From contig JAGWWT010000005.1 in assembly GCA_018970245.1 (NCBI GenBank), positions 1 to 57,125 of the forward strand: 57,125 bases of DNA, given 5' to 3'. Shown piece after piece: positions 52,854-57,125 of the stretch (the stretch's first letter is position 1; every line of letters starts with the position of its first letter). The notes below the pieces were generated by a model. It did no database searches. It was given only the letters and a program-made list of their open reading frames with translations, and was not told where the DNA came from. This stretch comes from Patescibacteria group bacterium. GTDB taxonomy: Bacteria; Patescibacteriota; Minisyncoccia; Phycocordibacterales; PALSA-1337. The position numbers and the translations under genes are program-made.

Positions 52854-54284
52854 TTATGATAGTTTTTCTAGGAGGATCTTCCGGACCATCTCGGGATTTC
52901 CGGCTCCTTTCGTGGCTCGCATGGCGGCTCCTATGAGGAACTGTATAGAGGCGGTCTTGCCGGCTCTGTATTCGGCGACAGCTTTTGCATTGTCGGCGAT
53001 GACCTTGTCTATGGCGGGGCCGAGGACGGAGGCGTCGCTCTTCTGGATGAGCCCGTGCTTCTCGGCGAGGGCCTTCGGATCGGAACCAGGCTCCTCGATG
53101 AGCAGGGCCAGGAGGTCCTTCGCTCCTCTGGATGACAGGTCGCCCTTGGAGATCATCTCGATCATGCCAGAGAATGATCCGGCCGGCACGGTCTCGATCG
53201 GCCGAGGCTCCTTCTTCAGCATGCCCAGATAGTCGGTGAGGATGTAGTTGACCGCCAGCCTGACCTTCTTGGCGTCGGCCGCGAACGGGGCGATGACAGA
53301 CTCGAAGTAGGATGCGACCTCAGGCGACTCGATCATGACAGCGAGCTCCTTCTCGGTCATGCCGAATGACTTGGCATAGCGCTCGCGCTTCTTCCATGGG
53401 AGCTCGGGCAGCGACGCGTTCAGAGCATCGCGCGAGAAGGCGCCGATCTCGGAGACTTTGAGCTTGGGGATGTCCGGCTCGGGGAAGTAGCGGTAGTCGT
53501 GCGAGCTCTCCTTGCTGCGCTGAGAGTAAGTCTCCGATCGCGCGTCGTCCCAGCCGCGAGTCTCCTGGACGACCTTCTTGCCGTCGCGCAGAAGGGAAGC
53601 CTGTCTCTCGATCTCGTGATCGATGGCGCGCTCGACCGAGCGGAACGAGTTCAGATTCTTGACCTCGGTCTTCACGCCGAACTTCCCGGCAGCCGTGTCC
53701 TCGGGGGAGGCGACAGAGATGTTCGCCTCGACGCGCATCTCGCCCTTCTCCATGTTCGCGTCTCCGGCTCCGAGATAGCGGAGGAGGAGCTGGAGCTCGC
53801 GAGCGAACTTCACGGCGGCGGATGCGTCATGGATGACCGGCTTGGTGACGAGCTCCATAAGAGGCACGCCTGCTCGGTTGAAGTCGACGAGGCTCTTCTC
53901 GTGCTCGTCATGGGTGGAGCTCGCCGTATCCTCTTCGAGATGTATGCGCTCGATCTCGATCCCTGCGAGCGACCCGTTCGATACGAGAGGGTATTTGTAC
54001 TGGCTGATCTGATAGCCCTTCGGTATGTCGGGATAGAAATAATTCTTGCGGTCCCATTCGGTGAAATCGGCGAGGTCGCCGCCGACGGCGATCCCGACGC
54101 GGAGGACGTTCCTGATCGCTTCCATATTGAGGACAGGGAGCGTGCCCGGGTGGCCCATGCAGATCGGACAGATGTTAGCGTTCGGGCGAGTCTCGTCAGG
54201 ATCGTTCTTGCAAGAGCAGAACATCTTCGAAGCCGTCTTGAGCTCCGCGTGTATCTCGAGGCCGATGGTCGGGATGTAGTCCAT
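52854..54284 (-). CDS. gatB: Asp-tRNA(Asn)/Glu-tRNA(Gln) amidotransferase subunit B
   Basis: It has 'PTIGLEIHAELKTASKMFCSC', 'NICPICMGHPGTLP', 'DRKNYFYPD', 'EVKNLNSFR' and a C-terminal YqeY-like tail. Confidence 0.95.
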   Translation of the reverse strand: MDYIPTIGLEIHAELKTASKMFCSCKNDPDETRPNANICPICMGHPGTLPVLNMEAIRNVLRVGIAVGGDLADFTEWDRKNYFYPDIPKGYQISQYKYPLVSNGSLAGIEIERIHLEEDTASSTHDEHEKSLVDFNRAGVPLMELVTKPVIHDASAAVKFARELQLLLRYLGAGDANMEKGEMRVEANISVASPEDTAAGKFGVKTEVKNLNSFRSVERAIDHEIERQASLLRDGKKVVQETRGWDDARSETYSQRSKESSHDYRYFPEPDIPKLKVSEIGAFSRDALNASLPELPWKKRERYAKSFGMTEKELAVMIESPEVASYFESVIAPFAADAKKVRLAVNYILTDYLGMLKKEPRPIETVPAGSFSGMIEMISKGDLSSRGAKDLLALLIEEPGSDPKALAEKHGLIQKSDASVLGPAIDKVIADNAKAVAEYRAGKTASIQFLIGAAMRATKGAGNPEMVRKILLEKLS

Positions 54285-54288
54285 TAGG

Positions 54289-54382
54289 AGTATATGGTAT
54301 ATGGTATTTAGTATTTAGTATAGTCGCATGTGCTATACCATATACCATATACTATATACCAGATACTAAATACTAAATACTA
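54289..54382. repeat. Palindromic word array of the GGTATTTAGTAT family
   Basis: The left arm is tatatggtatatggtatttagtatttagtat, the centre is agtcgcatgtgc, and the right arm is tataccatataccatatactatataccagatactaaatactaaatacta. The centre 'gtcgcat' is shared with 10802-10888. Confidence 0.8.
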
Positions 54383-54640
54383 ATCAGCGAGGTGCTGGAC
54401 GACAAGCTTGCGAGCCTGCTTCTTATTGATGCGCTTGCCCTTGCTCGCCTCGATCTCCATCAGCAGACGTTCGACGTCGGCTAGCTTGTAGACGCGATAG
54501 TTATTTATAGGGTGGCGCGATGCCTGGAACTTGCCGCTATTGTCCCAGTTCCTCAGAGTGAGCGGCGTTACGCCAAGAATGGCCGCGGCCTTTTTGATAG
54601 TAAGAAGCTTTATTTGAAGTTGTTCCATTGGATTAGACAT
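54380..54640 (-). CDS. Helix-turn-helix DNA-binding protein (MerR/excisionase-type HTH_17)
   Basis: 'LLTIKKAAAILGVTPLTLRNWDNSGKFQASRHPINNYRVYKLADVERL' follows the MerR-superfamily wHTH pattern. Confidence 0.7.
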   Translation of the reverse strand: MSNPMEQLQIKLLTIKKAAAILGVTPLTLRNWDNSGKFQASRHPINNYRVYKLADVERLLMEIEASKGKRINKKQARKLVVQHLAD

Positions 54641-55335
54641 ATATAAACACTACTAATGCTTTATAGTTTAGCATATCATTTTTATACTATTTATAAGGGT
54701 TTATCCACAGCACTAGTGAATGATGTGTAATTGATATTTTTATCGATACTTATTAACAAACAGGATTCATCGATAGCTCACGATCGCTTTGATCATGATT
54801 TTCACCTTGGTATTTTAACGTAATTGATTACAAAAATTCGTTATAACGCATTTTAAACGGTCGCATTAATTCCAACTTGATATTCAAAATTTAGCCTATT
54901 CATGTGCAGGTATGGAGCATTTGCTGGATGATAGAGCCGTTTGCCAGCCTTGCCTATTCAGTGGCGAATCACGGCCGTAAAAGCCGACAACTCGGATGTA
55001 CGATATTTCGGTGAGCCGATTATTTTTGTCCATTTTTTGGATCGTCCGTGTTTGGATCCTAGATGCTGATTTGTTGAATGCTGAATCGGATTTGTTTGCG
55101 GTTTTGACATAAATCGATCTCGTTAAATATGGGATTACTGCAGTACTCGCCGTATACGGCGATTTATCGCGAATGAGAGCGTGCTGTTTTTGCATCAGAA
55201 TTCATGCGGCACTGATATCTGGCTTAACTTCGTCGGCGATATAGGCATGAAAAATGATCTATGGTCTGATTTTTTTTCCACAGAAATACGGCCTTTTTTG
55301 CCTGCAGCACCGGTTATAATTATTTTTAACTGATC

Positions 55336-56367
55336 ATGAAAGATAGCTTTATTTTTGAAGGCAAAAAATACATCTCGGCTAGGCGAGCTTCCGAAATCTC
55401 GGATTACGCCGCCGACTATATCGGCCAGCTGTGCCGAGCCCAAAAATTGGACTGCCGGATGATCGGACGGTCGTGGTTCGTGACCGAAGAATCTATCCGC
55501 TCTCACCAGGTCGAGGTCCTCAGGAATGAGGTCCATCGCAACCGCATAGAGAATCTCCGCGGCGGCAAGAATGCCAAGCCTGTCGAGGCTGATGAGACTC
55601 AGGTTGCGGCTCCTGTTTCGAGCGGCGCTTTTGAGGCAGCGGCCGATCAGGCGACGCCTGTGTCTGTTGAACAAGATGTTCTCCCTGAACCTGCTGTTCC
55701 TTCTGAGCCTGTTGTGAACGCTGAGCCGGTGATCGCCGATATCACGCCCGCTATACCCGAGCTTCCTGTCCATGTAGAGCTGCCGCGGCGGACATATGTC
55801 GAGCTCGAGGAGCAGGCAGAGATGCTTCCGGCTTCTAGGTCCAGGGTCGAGGCGCGTCAGCGCCGTTCTCCCGTATTGGCCGCGGTGGCGATAGTGATCA
55901 TCGGCGGCGCTGTCGCGTTCTATGCCATGACCGGCATGTCTGGCTCCGAGCTCGCTTCAAATGGATCTGCTTCCCAAGCATCGGTCGGCAGCGCCTTCGC
56001 CTCAGTCGCTTCTTTCTTCAGCCGCGGCTTCGACGAGGTCCTTGCGCTTCTCGGCCATACGCCCACTCTGGCGACCAACATCTCTCCGACGCCGATCCCG
56101 AGCATGTATGAAGGGAGCGCTTCGGATCAGTCGCAAGGCATAGCCGTCGCGCCTTCGACCGGCCTCGCGCAGGGCGACGCCCAGCTCAAGCAGGAGATCC
56201 AGGCGTCATTCTCTGATCAGGTCAATGTGACGCCGGATAAGAGCGGGACGACCGGCGTGATAACGCCGGTGTTCAGAGATTCGACAGGCAAGCAGTTCGT
56301 TTATGTGATGGTCCCAGTCAAGCCAGCCGATTCCGGCGCAGCCGGAGGGGGCAAAGGTCCGCCCTAG
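55336..56367 (+). CDS. Membrane-anchored protein with an N-terminal HTH-like domain, one TM helix and a Pro/Ala/Ser-rich exterior
   Basis: 'YISARRASEISDYAADYIGQLCRAQKLDCRMIGRSWFV' resembles the excisionase-type HTH of the neighbouring gene. The TM helix is 'PVLAAVAIVIIGGAVAFYAM'. Confidence 0.5.
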   Translation: MKDSFIFEGKKYISARRASEISDYAADYIGQLCRAQKLDCRMIGRSWFVTEESIRSHQVEVLRNEVHRNRIENLRGGKNAKPVEADETQVAAPVSSGAFEAAADQATPVSVEQDVLPEPAVPSEPVVNAEPVIADITPAIPELPVHVELPRRTYVELEEQAEMLPASRSRVEARQRRSPVLAAVAIVIIGGAVAFYAMTGMSGSELASNGSASQASVGSAFASVASFFSRGFDEVLALLGHTPTLATNISPTPIPSMYEGSASDQSQGIAVAPSTGLAQGDAQLKQEIQASFSDQVNVTPDKSGTTGVITPVFRDSTGKQFVYVMVPVKPADSGAAGGGKGPP

Positions 56368-56491
56368 CCGTTTCTAGCGTAGCGCTTCTCGGTCGAGGGG
56401 GGCGCTTCGCTGGACGCGGATATCGCGTCAGTCGTTCGGTCCTGTTCTGCTCGGTTCGGTCCAGTCTGTCTTATGAAGCTTAACCACTAAT

Positions 56492-57125
56492 ATGATCAAA
56501 AAAACGGTTATCGGTTCGGTCCGTCAAACGCTCACATTAGCCCTTTTGCTGTCCGGGTCGTTCATCATCCTGGAACCGGCGCTAGGCGCGGCTGCTGGGA
56601 GCCAGTTCACTACATCGGAGACGGTCACCAGCGAGCTTTCGTTCGCCACGCCGGCTTCGAATGTCACGCTGTCGCCGGCCTTGGGCGGCATCACGGGAGG
56701 CACAGCCACAGGACAGACGCAGGTCGTCGTCCTCACGAACGATGCCCTCGGCTATCAGATGACCATTCAGGCCAGCTCCTCGCTCGGCATGATCGGCAAC
56801 GCCAGCTCGACGAATTACATCGCCGCCTATGTGCCCGCATCGACCATCCCGGATTACACGTTCGCCGTGAATAGCCCTCGCGGCGCTGCTTTCGGCTACA
56901 CAGTCGCCGCTTCGACGACTGGCGACATCGCGAAGAGCTTCCTCAATAACGGCTCCGCCTGCAATATCACGAGCGGCACCGGCAACACCGGATCAGGGAC
57001 CCAGCATTGCTGGCAAGCCGCGACGACCACGCCTTACACCATCATCAACAGGAATTATCTGACTCCTGGATCAGGATCGACTTCGACGCTCCTATTCCAG
57101 GTGACGATCAATGCCAATCCCGCTG
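56492..57125 (+). CDS. Secreted beta-rich protein, N-terminal part (runs off the window end)
   Basis: Hand translation from ATG 56492 gives MIKKTVIGSVRQTLTLALLLSGSFIILEPALGAAAGSQFTTSETVTSELSFATPASNVTLSP...VVVLTNDALGYQMTIQASS... It has a signal-peptide-like N-terminus and an open frame to 57125. It is not in the ORF track. Confidence 0.5.
   Translation, partial: MIKKTVIGSVRQTLTLALLLSGSFIILEPALGAAAGSQFTTSETVTSELSFATPASNVTLSPALGGITGGTATGQTQVVVLTNDALGYQMTIQASSSLGMIGNASSTNYIAAYVPASTIPDYTFAVNSPRGAAFGYTVAASTTGDIAKSFLNNGSACNITSGTGNTGSGTQHCWQAATTTPYTIINRNYLTPGSGSTSTLLFQVTINANPA

Noticed and set aside
54380-54640. The excisionase-type HTH gene considered as a marker of an integrated prophage or integrative element.
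   Set aside because: No integrase, att-like direct repeats, tRNA target or phage structural genes are visible in the window. HTH_17/MerR-type domains are also common in ordinary regulators.
54896-55195. A 99-aa minus-strand ORF inside the AT-rich block, and the 192-aa ORF at 55195-55773.
   Set aside because: I recognise no motifs and the composition simply reflects AT-rich DNA. The second ORF overlaps the better-supported plus-strand gene at 55336-56367. Neither was called, although a small foreign gene cannot be excluded.
54641-55335. The AT-rich block (and the DnaA-box-like words at 46164-46192) considered as the chromosomal replication origin.
   Set aside because: There is only one perfect and one single-mismatch DnaA box in ~700 bp. 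No box cluster, no obvious 13-mer-type unwinding repeats, and no dnaA, dnaN or gidA-type neighbours are present. I retained it only as an unexplained region, not as an oriC call.
1-57125. A possible alternative genetic code (UGA recoded, as in some candidate phyla).
   Set aside because: Well-recognised genes (pyk, secA, gatB, obg, mraY, murB) are full-length and uninterrupted under the standard code. Many genes terminate at TGA exactly where homologues would end, including the ATGA coupled junctions.

Overview
This is a 57.1-kb window from a compact, gene-dense, GC-rich bacterial genome that uses the standard genetic code. Intergenic spacers are very short and AT-rich, and are built from short repeated 'words'. 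The gene content suggests a small-genome, Patescibacteria/CPR-like organism: a DUF5671 membrane protein, an orphan VirD4/TraD-like ATPase, a giant O-antigen-ligase-like protein with TPR repeats, a four-helix-bundle 'IVS' protein, and many apparently leaderless genes. That taxonomic guess is inference only. Layout: (1) 1-5.6 kb holds central carbon genes (ppsA fragment, glycerate kinase, pyruvate kinase) and radC. (2) 6-15 kb holds dispersed peptidoglycan-precursor genes (murD, mpl/murC-type ligase, mraY) mixed with unusual partners: a PLP enzyme, a LysW-like zinc ribbon, an ATE/Bpt-like transferase, and a cytoplasmic NlpC/P60-like plus ATP-grasp pair. (3) 15.3-18.7 kb holds small hypothetical genes and a T4SS-coupling-protein-like ATPase. 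(4) 18.7-44.6 kb is a ~26-kb glycan assembly and export island. It has about 13 glycosyltransferases (GT4, GT2, GT9, GT11 and others), 5 methyltransferases, 2 SDR enzymes, a deacetylase, GtrA, Wzm/Wzt with a C-terminal glycan-binding-type domain, a fused nucleotidyltransferase-GHMP kinase, and a Wzy_C/TPR protein. (5) 44.7-54.3 kb holds housekeeping genes (yvcK-like, murB, secA, AI-2E transporter, obg, gatB). (6) 54.4-57.1 kb holds an HTH gene, a ~700-bp AT-rich non-coding block, a membrane-anchored HTH-like protein and a secreted protein fragment. The most unusual sequence-level signals are: a ~96%-identical ~120-150-bp inverted repeat pair 9 kb apart, each upstream of an operon; a 120-bp in-frame palindromic insertion inside a glycosyltransferase gene; genes bracketed by inverted word-repeat arrays; and a promoter-plus-terminator-defined candidate small RNA upstream of murB. 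No rRNA, tRNA, CRISPR array, transposase or integrase was seen.
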